DNA from: Clostridium butyricum
GTDB lineage: Bacteria; Bacillota; Clostridia; Clostridiales; Clostridiaceae
Assembly: GCA_015058475.1 (NCBI GenBank)
Contig: SVCF01000002.1
Location: 13,102-77,101, forward strand
Direction: 5' to 3'
DNA length: 64,000 bases
Made by a program: the position numbers and the translations under genes
The notes under the pieces: generated by a model
Seen by the model: only the letters and a program-made list of their open reading frames with translations
Told to the model about the DNA's origin: nothing
Database searches by the model: none
Part shown: piece by piece, positions 52,457-62,483 of the stretch
Position numbering within the stretch: the stretch's first letter is position 1
Layout of the letters: the number at the start of each line of letters is the position of its first letter

Positions 52457-53890
52457 TTAAATAATCTCCATTGCAAGCATCGTACAGTCATCTTTTAAAT
52501 CTCCTACCTCGAGTCTATTTTTTATCAGCAACTCATCTATATACTTTTTAAATTTGTTTATATCCACTGTACTTATGTATTTCTCCATGATTTTATCATC
52601 TTCCAATATAAAATCTAGTCCATCAGTAAATAAAATTATTTTATCACCTGCTTCAAATGGAATTACAAGTTGCGAAAATTCACTATCTTCAAACATTCCC
52701 AAGAAAGCACCCGGAACCACCTTTTCTTCTCCAATTTCTCCTTTTTTTTGAAATATAAATTGATTTATTCCTGCACCACTTACTTTAATCTCATTTTTAT
52801 TAAAGTCCATACTAAAACAGCACGCTGCAATATAATTTTCTTCATAATAGTTTACTAATTTCTTATTTAAAATTTCTATTATTTTAATAGGTTCATTAGT
52901 AGCTCCAATTTCTTGAAGAAATAAAACATCTAATGCAGATATATTAAGTGCCGCTGTCATTCCTTTTCCACGTACATCTGTAATCATTCCTACCACTAAA
53001 TGATCATTCACTTTGATAACCCTATAAAAATCACCACTTACAGCCTTTGCAGGTACATACACACTTACTATCTTAACAAATTCTTTTGCTGGAAAATCCT
53101 TTTGCAAATTCTTCATTTGAAATTCAACTGCATTATTTAGCTCATTTTTAATTTCTGTAATATCCCTGATTGCTACCAAAATCGCTCCTTGTCCTTCGTA
53201 AGTCATATAACTACAAATCATTTGTATATTAATTTTTCTGCCATCTAAAAGATTAAACTCGTAATCATGTGTATCCTTTATAATTTGATTTGTTAATATA
53301 TTTCTAAATCTTTTATGTAAAACTGTTAAATATTTTTCATCAAAATATTTATATATATTGCTATCAATTATCTTATTGTAACTTAATCCAAGTAAATTAC
53401 ATGCTTCATAATTGGCTAAAACAATTTTATTATCAACTATAATAAATAAAGAATCTGGTGCTGCATTTATAGCTTGCTTATATCTTTCCTTACTATCTGC
53501 TAGTAACTTGTCCAGTATTTTTTTTTCTGTTACATCTCGTAGCCTTTCTACAACAAACTCTATATCACCATCTTCATTAAAAATTGGATTATAACATATA
53601 TCCATAACTTTATTTAATTCAGGAATATATCTTTCTTGTGTTATCATTTTTTTAGCTCTTACAACCTCTTCAAAGGCACATTTATTACATCGTTTATTTC
53701 TTTCTAATGTTTTATAGCAAACTTTTCCCCTTACTTCATCAGGTGTTTTATTATACGATTTATAACCAGCTTCATTAAAAAAGCATATTGTATGATCAGG
53801 ATTATATACCTTTATTATATCTGGTACTCCATTTAATATTTCAATTATTTCCTCTTGAGTTATTGTTGTTTTTTTCCTACTTTTATACAT
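52457..53890 (-). CDS. PAS-PAS-PP2C (SpoIIE/RsbU-type) phosphatase
   Basis: Two PAS domains; VSGDFY, TDVRGKG, FTDGL, DDCT metal-binding motifs. Confidence 0.92.
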   Translation of the reverse strand: MYKSRKKTTITQEEIIEILNGVPDIIKVYNPDHTICFFNEAGYKSYNKTPDEVRGKVCYKTLERNKRCNKCAFEEVVRAKKMITQERYIPELNKVMDICYNPIFNEDGDIEFVVERLRDVTEKKILDKLLADSKERYKQAINAAPDSLFIIVDNKIVLANYEACNLLGLSYNKIIDSNIYKYFDEKYLTVLHKRFRNILTNQIIKDTHDYEFNLLDGRKINIQMICSYMTYEGQGAILVAIRDITEIKNELNNAVEFQMKNLQKDFPAKEFVKIVSVYVPAKAVSGDFYRVIKVNDHLVVGMITDVRGKGMTAALNISALDVLFLQEIGATNEPIKIIEILNKKLVNYYEENYIAACCFSMDFNKNEIKVSGAGINQFIFQKKGEIGEEKVVPGAFLGMFEDSEFSQLVIPFEAGDKIILFTDGLDFILEDDKIMEKYISTVDINKFKKYIDELLIKNRLEVGDLKDDCTMLAMEII

Positions 53891-53918
53891 AGTAATACAA
53901 TCCCTTCATCATATTAAA

Positions 53919-54197
53919 TTAATATATTTCAAATACATTATTTAATCTAGTAAGTTTGAATAGTTTATCTACATCTGGATTCAACGATTTAAGCTTTACG
54001 CTTCCATTTTTTTCAGCACATTTTTTATAAATTGATACTAAGGCACCTAGGCCTGTACTATCAATGAAATCGCATTGGCTAAAATCAAAAATAAAATCTA
54101 TATTTCCTTTTTCTATTAATTTATTTACTTTCACTCTAAAAATTGCAACTTCGTCCACAATAAAGCTTTTAGGGATATCTATAGTAATAACATTCAT
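53919..54197 (-). CDS. STAS anti-sigma-factor antagonist (RsbV/SpoIIAA-like)
   Basis: FDFSQCDFIDSTGLGAL with the phospho-acceptor Ser; LFKLTRL. Confidence 0.93.
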   Translation of the reverse strand: MNVITIDIPKSFIVDEVAIFRVKVNKLIEKGNIDFIFDFSQCDFIDSTGLGALVSIYKKCAEKNGSVKLKSLNPDVDKLFKLTRLNNVFEIY

Positions 54198-54208
54198 TAA
54201 CTATCACC

Positions 54209-56209
54209 TCATATTTCAAATTTTTCTACTTCCTTCAGTAACTGTTCTGACATAGCACTTGTTTCTTCTGCTGTAGCTGTTAAATTATTTATTGTAGTAG
54301 TTGAATCTTGTATTGCTTCTGATACATTCTTGCAACTATTAGCATTATTTTCTGTTACTGTCGCTACCTCATTAATAAGTTCTACTACCCTATCAGAAGA
54401 TGCAACTTCATCACTTGTAATATCAAGAATTTCATTAACATGTTCAACTATATTATTTATAGAATTAATTATATCAATAAATGCTTTGTCAGTTTCTGCA
54501 ACTATCTCTACTCCATTTTCAACCTCAACATTTGCTCTTTCCATAGCACTAACAGCATTTTGTGTCTGTTTGATCATTTCATTAATTAATAATGAAATTT
54601 CCTTTGCCTTCTCATTAGACTCTTCAGCTAATTTTCTTACTTCTTCTGCAACAACACTGAAGCCTTTTCCATGTTCTCCTGCCCTAGCTGCTTCTATTGC
54701 AGCATTCAATGCTAAAAGATCTGTCTGCTCTGCAATGGAATTTATAGTAGTCACTATTCCCCCTACTTTAACTGATAAGTTATTTACACTTTCAAGTACT
54801 TTAAAAGTTTCATTACTTTCTTTGTTTATGCCATTCATTGCTTTAACAGTTTCTTCAACCTTTTGTCTTCCAAAATCAGCAACTTTTTTTGAACTAATAG
54901 CATTTGAGCTTGTAGATTTTGCTCTATTTTCTGCTAATTGAACAAGACTTGATAATTGAACTAATACTTCTGAAATATTTATAATTGATTTATTCTGGTT
55001 ATCTGTATCTTCTGCTACAGTAGTGATTGTAGCACTTAATTCCTCTGTTGTAGCACTTAACTCTTCTAACGAAGCAGCCATTTGCTCTGATGCTTCATTT
55101 AATTGTTCTGATGCAACAGACACACTTTTAACTATTCCCTCCTGATGATTAATCATATCATTAAATGATTTACCTAATTCTCCAAACTCATCTTTAGTCT
55201 TTATATCAGAATTAATTGTAAGATTTCCGTCGCCAGCCATTCCCATTAAAGATTCCATTTTTTTAATAGGATTAACTATATACTTTGTTGAATATATATA
55301 TGCCCATATCATAGCAATAACTATTGAGACAATAACTATAATTATTGTATTAGTTCTAATGCTTATTGCAGAAGCCATATACTCATTATACTCTGCAGTT
55401 ATTGCAACTATCCAATTATCTGCTGGTTGAAATGTCACATATTTATATATGCCATCATAAGTATAAAATCCTTCTGCTGTCTTCCCTGCTTTCATTTCTT
55501 CAACAATTACTTTAAAACTATTATCTGTAGTATCACTGATATTGTCTTTTAATATTTTGCTTTCATCAGGATGATACACTATCAATCCGTCCTTGCTAAT
55601 CATATAGGCATATCCTTTTTCTCCTATTTTTATATTAGCAGCATACTTTGATATACTATCAAATTTAATACTTCCAACTACTGTTCCAACTATTTTACCA
55701 TTTTCATTTATTGGATAAGATATAAATATAGCTGGATTTCCAGTAAATCTTGATGTTAATACTTCACTGACAGCAATTTCTCCAGTACTAAGTGTTTTTT
55801 TCATATAATCCCTGTCACTAAGGTCTATATCTGGTTCTTTTGTATCAGTATCTATAATCACCTTTCCTGTAGAATCAGTAATTATCAGTACTTCCATAAA
55901 TTCCTCATTGCTTTTTTTAACATCTGTTATGTAATTAAATGCAGTATCAATTTCTTCAGCATTTTGATTTTGTATCATAGTTCCAAGCTGACCATTTAAA
56001 CTAGCTATTTCTATTGAACCTTTAACTGATTCTATTGATTTATCTATTAATTGTGATGTGTCTTCAGTTTGTTTCTTAAGTTCTTCTTTAATAGTCTTTT
56101 GTAATGAATTAGAGGCCATTTTATATGATAAAGAACCTAAAATTATCATTGGTATCACAATTAGAATAAAAAATGTCATCATTAATTTGAATTTTACTGA
56201 AACTTTCAT
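54209..56209 (-). CDS. Methyl-accepting chemotaxis protein (dCache, HAMP)
   Basis: DLSDRDY, GYAYMI...[43 protein letters not shown]. Confidence 0.95.
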   Translation of the reverse strand: MKVSVKFKLMMTFFILIVIPMIILGSLSYKMASNSLQKTIKEELKKQTEDTSQLIDKSIESVKGSIEIASLNGQLGTMIQNQNAEEIDTAFNYITDVKKSNEEFMEVLIITDSTGKVIIDTDTKEPDIDLSDRDYMKKTLSTGEIAVSEVLTSRFTGNPAIFISYPINENGKIVGTVVGSIKFDSISKYAANIKIGEKGYAYMISKDGLIVYHPDESKILKDNISDTTDNSFKVIVEEMKAGKTAEGFYTYDGIYKYVTFQPADNWIVAITAEYNEYMASAISIRTNTIIIVIVSIVIAMIWAYIYSTKYIVNPIKKMESLMGMAGDGNLTINSDIKTKDEFGELGKSFNDMINHQEGIVKSVSVASEQLNEASEQMAASLEELSATTEELSATITTVAEDTDNQNKSIINISEVLVQLSSLVQLAENRAKSTSSNAISSKKVADFGRQKVEETVKAMNGINKESNETFKVLESVNNLSVKVGGIVTTINSIAEQTDLLALNAAIEAARAGEHGKGFSVVAEEVRKLAEESNEKAKEISLLINEMIKQTQNAVSAMERANVEVENGVEIVAETDKAFIDIINSINNIVEHVNEILDITSDEVASSDRVVELINEVATVTENNANSCKNVSEAIQDSTTTINNLTATAEETSAMSEQLLKEVEKFEI

Positions 56210-56221
56210 TTAATTCCCCCT

Positions 56222-56608
56222 TTAATAATACTTTTTTATAATAATACTGCTATCACTAAATTTTACCTCATCTGCGTATAAAGATATAATATTTAATCCT
56301 CTTCCGCTTTCTGATAAAATATCTTCTTCTACATCTTTATTAATCACTAAGTTCCCTATTTTTTTTCCCATGTCTTTCACTGTAATATTTACAAATTTCT
56401 CGTTCAACTCCCATTTTACAACTATCGGCTTACTTCTATTGCTATTATTACCATGGATAAATGCATTAGTAATAGCTTCTGACATTATAAGTTTTAGTTC
56501 AAAGTCTTGTTTTTGTAAGTTTAACGACTCAATAATTTTGTCTAATTTCTCATTAATGTTATCAATTCCATATAGAATCATCTCTCCATTAGTAATAAAC
56601 ACTATCAT
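56222..56608 (-). CDS. RsbW/SpoIIAB-like anti-sigma Ser kinase (HATPase_c)
   Basis: SEAITNAFIHGN N-box, VKDMG, ESGRGLNII. Confidence 0.9.
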   Translation of the reverse strand: MIVFITNGEMILYGIDNINEKLDKIIESLNLQKQDFELKLIMSEAITNAFIHGNNSNRSKPIVVKWELNEKFVNITVKDMGKKIGNLVINKDVEEDILSESGRGLNIISLYADEVKFSDSSIIIKKYY

Positions 56609-56996
56609 CTCCCCCTTTATAAGTTAATATGAATACTTATTTAATAAAGTAATCTAGTTTCTACCTTTACTTAAACAAGTAATAAAATTTGTATATTTTC
56701 CCTATAATTATCTCATTAAATTTATATTTTTTCAATATTTTGCATAATAGTGTTGTTATTAGAAATATTTATTATAACTTTCTTTAAAATAGTATTATCT
56801 ACAAAAAAAATGCTGTAATGCTACAAGAAATTTGTGTAGGGTTGTAGCAGTTAGAATGAGAAAATTTCTTATACAATGGTAGTGCCAAAATAATTGTATA
56901 TGGCACTAGAAAGAAAATAACAAAATATACTATGTATCAAATATTATTATTAATCACAATATATATTTAAAATATAGTTATTAAAGGAGATCTACT

Positions 56997-57170
56997 ATGA
57001 CTAATAAAAACTATAATCATTATATAAATGATGTAAAATCAAAAATTAGTTCTATGGAGACATCTGTTACCGAAGCTCATTCTTTAGCAGATGATTCTCA
57101 TAAATCAGGAATCGAAAAAATAATGACAGATATTCAATCGATTAAAGATTCTTTAAATGAAATTAAATAG
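56997..57170 (+). CDS. Small helical hypothetical protein (57 aa; not in ORF track)
   Basis: AAGGAG RBS, MTNKNYNHYINDVKSKISSMETSVTEAHSLADDSHKSGIEKIMTDIQSIKDSLNEIK, followed by a hairpin at 57191-57225. Confidence 0.7.
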   Translation: MTNKNYNHYINDVKSKISSMETSVTEAHSLADDSHKSGIEKIMTDIQSIKDSLNEIK

Positions 57171-57392
57171 AAATCTGTAAACTTCTAATCTGTAACGTTA
57201 CATTCATATTTTATGTAACGTTATATTTATATATTATTTACTTTAAATATATGAAATCTTACTTATGCTTAAAGCAATACTTCACTACTAGCTAATGTCA
57301 TAATATAGTAATATTTTATTTCAATTATCTTTCATTTTTTCTCATATGTTATATAATAATAACAGAACATCTTTTGAGGGGAGTTAATTTTT

Positions 57393-57857
57393 ATGCATAA
57401 CCAATTAACATCAGAAAATATGAAAAAATTGCAAGAAGAATTAGAATATAGAATGACTGTTAAAAGAGCTGAAATAGCAAAAGAAAAATTAGTAGCAGCT
57501 GCACATGGAGATAGATCAGAAAATGCTGAATATAAAGAAGCATGTAGGAATTATAGAGAAAATGATAATAGAATACAATACTTATTATCTATGATTACTA
57601 CAGCTACTATAATAGATGATGATAATATCGATACTTCAGTACTCGGAGTAAGTAGTAAAGCTAGAATTAAATTTGTAGAAGATGATGATGAAGACATCAT
57701 AACACTTGTAACTACTATGGATCTTGATCCTGAAAATATGTGTATAAGTATAGAATCTGATCTTGGTAAAGCTTTAATAGGAAAAAAAGCTGGTGATATA
57801 GTAGAAGTTAATGCTCCTGGTGAGAATTATACTGTAGAAGTGTTAGAAATCTTATAA
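57393..57857 (+). CDS. greA: GreA/GreB-family transcription elongation factor
   Basis: AAAHGDRSENAEY, ISIESDLGKALIGKKAGDIVEVNAPG. Confidence 0.88.
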   Translation: MHNQLTSENMKKLQEELEYRMTVKRAEIAKEKLVAAAHGDRSENAEYKEACRNYRENDNRIQYLLSMITTATIIDDDNIDTSVLGVSSKARIKFVEDDDEDIITLVTTMDLDPENMCISIESDLGKALIGKKAGDIVEVNAPGENYTVEVLEIL

Positions 57858-58049
57858 AAACAAAGATTAAGTGCTATCTTACAAAAAAGCTGATGTTTAT
57901 TACACCAGCTTTTTTACAATTGCACATTTTCTTTATTATATTATGTCTTTAATGTACTATTGGATAAACACTTACATTATTTCTTAAAATAATTATATCA
58001 AACTCTAGATTTATTTCTTTTTAAAAGTATTATCACTCTATACTAACTT

Positions 58050-59990
58050 TTATATTTTTCTTGCCACTTCTACAGCTTCTGCAATACAATTCAATGCTCT
58101 ACGTGCTCTAACTGCATCTCCAATAGTATAATATTTTATCTTGTTTATATCACAATAATCTGATATTTCATTGAATTTACGAGATTTTGCCCCAATAGCT
58201 ACAACTATAGAATCACAGTCAATTTCTTCTATTATTCCTTTATTATCTATAACAACTGAGCTTTCTTTTATTTCAATACATTTTGCATTTGTAATAGTAT
58301 TTATTGATTCAACAACTAAATTTTCTATAACACAAATTTTACGAAGCTGTCCTAAGTCCTTTGCAACTTGGTCAAGCATTTCAATTACAGTTATATTATC
58401 TGCCTTATCCGAAATATATTCTGCAACCTCTAAGCCAACAAGTCCTCCTCCTATTATTACAACTTTTCCTGAGACATTAACCTTTCCTGAAAGTACGTCA
58501 TGTGAATTAGTTACATTTTCTAAATCAGCTCCTGGTACATTTAACTTAATTGGTTCAGAACCAACTGCTACTATTACTATGTCTGGATTTATTTCTTCAA
58601 TAATCTTAGGGGTAACTACTGTTGAAAATCTTATTTCTATTCCTTTTCTTTTAGCCATTTCTCCCATAGAAATTGCAGCTTCTTTCATTTCTTCCTTTCT
58701 AGGTGCTGCACCTGCAAGAACAAACTGTCCTCCAAGTGAATCAGAAGCTTCACAAATTATAGGATTATGTCCTCTATCTTTTAAATTTATTGCAGCTTCT
58801 ACCCCAGATACTCCACCACCTATTACTAATACTTTTTTAGGCGAATCTGTCTTTAGTAAACCAAATTCAGCTTCTCTTCCTAGGGCAGGATTTCTCATAC
58901 ATGTTATAAATGGAACCTCTGGAGATGCAAACCCATCATAACAGCCTTGATTACATCCAACACATCTTACAATATCCTCTACTTTCCCATTCATAGCTTT
59001 ATTGCAAAACTCAGGATCTGCTAATTGGGCTCTTCCAATTACAACCATATCTGCTTTGCCACTTCTTATAATTTCATCTGCTTGCTCAGGGTCATTTATT
59101 CTTCCTACTGCAACTGTAATCATCCCAGTTTCTTTTTTAATTCTAGCTGCATTTTCTACATTAAATCCTCTTGGTAAATCTACTGGTGGTACTTCATATT
59201 TTATTGCAGCACTTGAAAAGTTTCCTCTAGACACATCTAATACATCTACGCCTGCCTTTTTAGCTGATTTACAAAATTCAATAACTTCTTCAATTGTAAG
59301 TCCATCTTCTAAATAATCATCATGAGCATTGATACGCATAAATAGAGGCATGTCCTCTGGAATATTATTGCGTATTGATTCTATACATTCAATCAAAAAT
59401 CTTCCACGATTTTCTAAAGTCCCTCCATATTCATCTGTTCTTTTATTAAAAGCTCTACTTAAGAAAGAATGTGGTGTATAATTATGTCCTGCATGAAATT
59501 CTATAGCATCATAACCAGCTTGTACAGCACGTTTAGCTGCTTTTCCAAATGCATCAATACATTCTTTAATAACCTCTATACTTGCACCTGGTATTATGTA
59601 GTCATCTCCAACCTTAAATTCGCTTGGAAGTACTACCTTTACATCTTTATCACCACTAAACATTACAGCTGATCCACCTAACCAAAGCTGAACACCTGCT
59701 TTAGCCCCTTCCTCATGAATAGCATCAGCTAATTTCTTTAATCCAGAAATGTACTTATCATCTGAAATCGCTAAAAAATTCTTAGGTGAGGCTTTTTCAT
59801 AAACTGAGCATACTTCAGTAAAATTAATGCCATTTCCTCCACGTGCTCTAGCCACATGATAATTGATTAATTGATCAGTAACATATTTACTACCATCTAA
59901 CATCTTAGTTCCCATAGCAGGAAACTCCACTCTATTTCTTATTTCCATTCCTCTTATTTTAATTGGACTAAAAAGATTATTATAATACAT
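58050..59990 (-). CDS. NADH:flavin oxidoreductase (OYE barrel, Fe-S, FAD domain), BaiCD-like
   Basis: EFHAGHNY, NKRTDEYGG, GRAQLADP, CVGCNQGC...C cluster motif, two GxG FAD/NAD motifs; ATG 59990 after GAGGAGG. Confidence 0.9.
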   Translation of the reverse strand: MYYNNLFSPIKIRGMEIRNRVEFPAMGTKMLDGSKYVTDQLINYHVARARGGNGINFTEVCSVYEKASPKNFLAISDDKYISGLKKLADAIHEEGAKAGVQLWLGGSAVMFSGDKDVKVVLPSEFKVGDDYIIPGASIEVIKECIDAFGKAAKRAVQAGYDAIEFHAGHNYTPHSFLSRAFNKRTDEYGGTLENRGRFLIECIESIRNNIPEDMPLFMRINAHDDYLEDGLTIEEVIEFCKSAKKAGVDVLDVSRGNFSSAAIKYEVPPVDLPRGFNVENAARIKKETGMITVAVGRINDPEQADEIIRSGKADMVVIGRAQLADPEFCNKAMNGKVEDIVRCVGCNQGCYDGFASPEVPFITCMRNPALGREAEFGLLKTDSPKKVLVIGGGVSGVEAAINLKDRGHNPIICEASDSLGGQFVLAGAAPRKEEMKEAAISMGEMAKRKGIEIRFSTVVTPKIIEEINPDIVIVAVGSEPIKLNVPGADLENVTNSHDVLSGKVNVSGKVVIIGGGLVGLEVAEYISDKADNITVIEMLDQVAKDLGQLRKICVIENLVVESINTITNAKCIEIKESSVVIDNKGIIEEIDCDSIVVAIGAKSRKFNEISDYCDINKIKYYTIGDAVRARRALNCIAEAVEVARKI

Positions 59991-60104
59991 AAATAAACCT
60001 CCTCTATATTTTAAAGTCAACGTTTTCATTAACTTTGTTAGCAACTAAAACTTATGAATAATTTTTTCTACTATCTTAAGCAAATTATAAAGTATTTTTG
60101 ATTT

Positions 60105-60135
60105 TAAAACAATATGTTTCAAACATTTTGTTTTA
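60105..60135. promoter_or_regulatory. 31-bp palindrome, likely TetR operator for the oxidoreductase
   Basis: taaaacaatatgttt-c-aaacattttgtttta (14/15 matching arms). Confidence 0.65.
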
Positions 60136-60189
60136 TTTATAGTAAATTAAAAAGCCATCTAAGTAATTTCTATTAGATGACTCAATAAT

Positions 60190-60777
60190 TTATCCATTTT
60201 CTTTTAATATTTTTAATATGTATTTTATGTAATTTATTCTTCCATCTTTATTTTTCAAAAATTCTTCATTAAATACTCGAATATTTTTATCACTTGTAGG
60301 ATATAAAACTGATGATAAAACAATCATTCTATGATATTTAAACTCTTCTTTTGGACTATTCAAAACCTTTATCAAGATTTTATCAAGCTTCTCATTCATA
60401 CTAGTTGTTACATTTATGATTTGATTAGACATTTCATCTTTGACCTCAGCATTTACTGCTTCTTTATGCATTACAAGAACCCCTGGGTATCTTAGGGAGT
60501 ATTCCATTATTTCATTAAGGCATGAAACTAACTTTTCTTCATCATTTAGTTTATCATTGTCCAAAGGTAAATAGGCAGCTATTGTATTTTCTATGTAAAA
60601 TGCCTGAACAGTTCTTATCATTTCATCTTTACTTCCAAAGTAATAGTTTATTGCACTTACATTTACCTCAGCTTCCTTTGCAATAGTTCTTATAGGTACA
60701 TTAGTAGACCCATTTTTGCCAAAAAGGTAAAGTGCTCTATCTAAAATTTTTTCTTCAGCGCTCTTTAGTTCTCTCAC
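60190..60777 (-). CDS. TetR/AcrR-family regulator
   Basis: IRTIAKEAEVNVSAINYYFGSKDEM. Confidence 0.93.
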   Translation of the reverse strand: MRELKSAEEKILDRALYLFGKNGSTNVPIRTIAKEAEVNVSAINYYFGSKDEMIRTVQAFYIENTIAAYLPLDNDKLNDEEKLVSCLNEIMEYSLRYPGVLVMHKEAVNAEVKDEMSNQIINVTTSMNEKLDKILIKVLNSPKEEFKYHRMIVLSSVLYPTSDKNIRVFNEEFLKNKDGRINYIKYILKILKENG

Positions 60778-60902
60778 ATTTTCACCTCAGTTAATTAAAT
60801 ACTAAATATTCTAAATTACTATATTTAGTATAAACTACACCTTAATCATTTTACAATGAATTAATTACGAAAATCAGCTTTAACTCTATGTTTTCTATCG
60901 TA

Positions 60903-61862
60903 TTACTTATTAAACAGCCCCATACCTTTTACAATTTCTTGCTCTGTAAATAAACTTAGTACGACTTCATTATAGTCACTTAACTTTTGTGACTTCTTTA
61001 TTTTTTTAGCATATTTTTTGTTATCTGAAAATATGTGAATCATATATCCCCATAATTCTTTCATTCTAAATATTGCATTTCTATCTTCATTAAATAGTTC
61101 TATATATTTATTTAAAATCTCATCATGAAAATCTTTTAATGTTTCCTTAGTTATATTAGTATTATCTTTTATCTCATTGATTAATCCTGGATTAGCTAGT
61201 ATCCCTCTTCCGAGCATTATTTTCTTTACCTCTGGAAAATCTTTTATTAATTTATCATGATCATAACTAGTGAAAATGTCACCATTATAACATAACGGAT
61301 TAGTGCTTAAAGATAATGCATCTTTAAATACATCTAAATTAGGCTTATTTCCATAAAAATCTTTTTGAGTTCTAGGATGAATTATCAATTCCTCCATAGG
61401 ATACTTATTATAAATTTTTATTAGCTCATAAAATTCTTCTGGACTATCCTTTCCTATTCTAGTTTTTATAGAAATTTTCATATCATCTATTTTAAATATT
61501 TGATCTAAAAATCTATCAAGTTCTTCTCTTTTTGCTAGAAATCCTGAACCTCTATTTTTTGAGACAACTGTTCCTGCTGGACAGCCTAAGTTTAAATTAA
61601 CCTCATTATATCCTAATTGCTGCAATTTTCTAGAAGTAATAATAAAACCTTCCGAATCATTAGTAAGTATTTGAGGTACTATATTTATTCCTTTATTATT
61701 TTCTGGTAAAACATCCCTTAATTCTTTAGTCTTAAGACTCTTACTTTTATTAGTAACAATAAAAGGAGTAAAATATTTATCAATATTGTGAAAAAATTTT
61801 TCATAAGAATTTCTATATATGTACCCAGTAATTCCTTCCATTGGTGCTAAATAATATTTCAT
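60903..61862 (-). CDS. tRNA-dihydrouridine synthase family protein
   Basis: LAPMEGIT, NLNLGCP, RGSGFL, SIKTRIG, IHPRT, YNGDI, MLGRG. Confidence 0.92.
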   Translation of the reverse strand: MKYYLAPMEGITGYIYRNSYEKFFHNIDKYFTPFIVTNKSKSLKTKELRDVLPENNKGINIVPQILTNDSEGFIITSRKLQQLGYNEVNLNLGCPAGTVVSKNRGSGFLAKREELDRFLDQIFKIDDMKISIKTRIGKDSPEEFYELIKIYNKYPMEELIIHPRTQKDFYGNKPNLDVFKDALSLSTNPLCYNGDIFTSYDHDKLIKDFPEVKKIMLGRGILANPGLINEIKDNTNITKETLKDFHDEILNKYIELFNEDRNAIFRMKELWGYMIHIFSDNKKYAKKIKKSQKLSDYNEVVLSLFTEQEIVKGMGLFNK

Positions 61863-61980
61863 TTAATAACTCCTTAAAATTTATATAATATTTGCTTTTA
61901 TTATAATATCACTACTTGAAATTATCTTCTAGTAAAATGTGAGCTAAAAGAATTCCTTCTAATCCTCATAAAATAAGTAT

Positions 61981-62052
61981 ATTCTTATATTCTTATATTC
62001 TTATATTCTTAGGAATATATATTCTAAAGTTCTAAAATTCTTATATTCCAAA
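61981..62052. repeat. In-register array of eight degenerate 8-bp repeats plus one 8-nt spacer
   Basis: attcttat x3, attcttag, [gaatatat], attctaaa, gttctaaa, attcttat, attccaaa. Confidence 0.85.
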
Positions 62053-62312
62053 TAATCAATTCTACTAATTTAATCTTTTTTCAGTATTTTTTTTAGAAGA
62101 AACTCTTTATATATATACATTCCAGCAATGAAACTACATTAAAATCAAATAAATCTTGCAAAGATTTCATCCTTAATTATCAATTGTCCTATATTAATTG
62201 TTAATCGGAACATATATACCTTTCAAATTTTTAAATTACTTTGAAATTTAAATAAATTTTATCATTATGGATAATCTAATACAGTAATACTTCACAAGGA
62301 GGATAAAAAATT

Positions 62313-62459
62313 ATGAGCGATAAAAATATTAAATCTAATGTAGATGTTACTTTTTCAGATCCCACATCACCAAAATATAGTAAAAACATAAAGAATAAGG
62401 CACATGAAAAAAGTCCTTATGGAGAAGCTGAACCTTCTACAGGTACTACTTATAAATAA
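62313..62459 (+). CDS. Small hydrophilic protein (48 aa; not in ORF track)
   Basis: Strong RBS AAGGAGG; MSDKNIKSNVDVTFSDPTSPKYSKNIKNKAHEKSPYGEAEPSTGTTYK. Confidence 0.72.
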   Translation: MSDKNIKSNVDVTFSDPTSPKYSKNIKNKAHEKSPYGEAEPSTGTTYK

Positions 62460-62483
62460 AATTCTTAAAAGGAGATAATATCT

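Noticed and set aside
54330..54941. 203-aa plus-strand ORF
   Set aside because: Antisense shadow of the MCP coiled coil; the same applies to the other short antisense track ORFs (e.g. 3766, 5943, 6354, 8913, 34041, 59002)
58171..58941. 256-aa plus-strand ORF
   Set aside because: Antisense shadow of the oxidoreductase; no RBS or recognisable motifs
58050..59990. Bilirubin reductase BilR or a full bai operon
   Set aside because: Active-site segment is HAGHNY rather than the HGDR motif reported for BilR, and no other bai genes are adjacent
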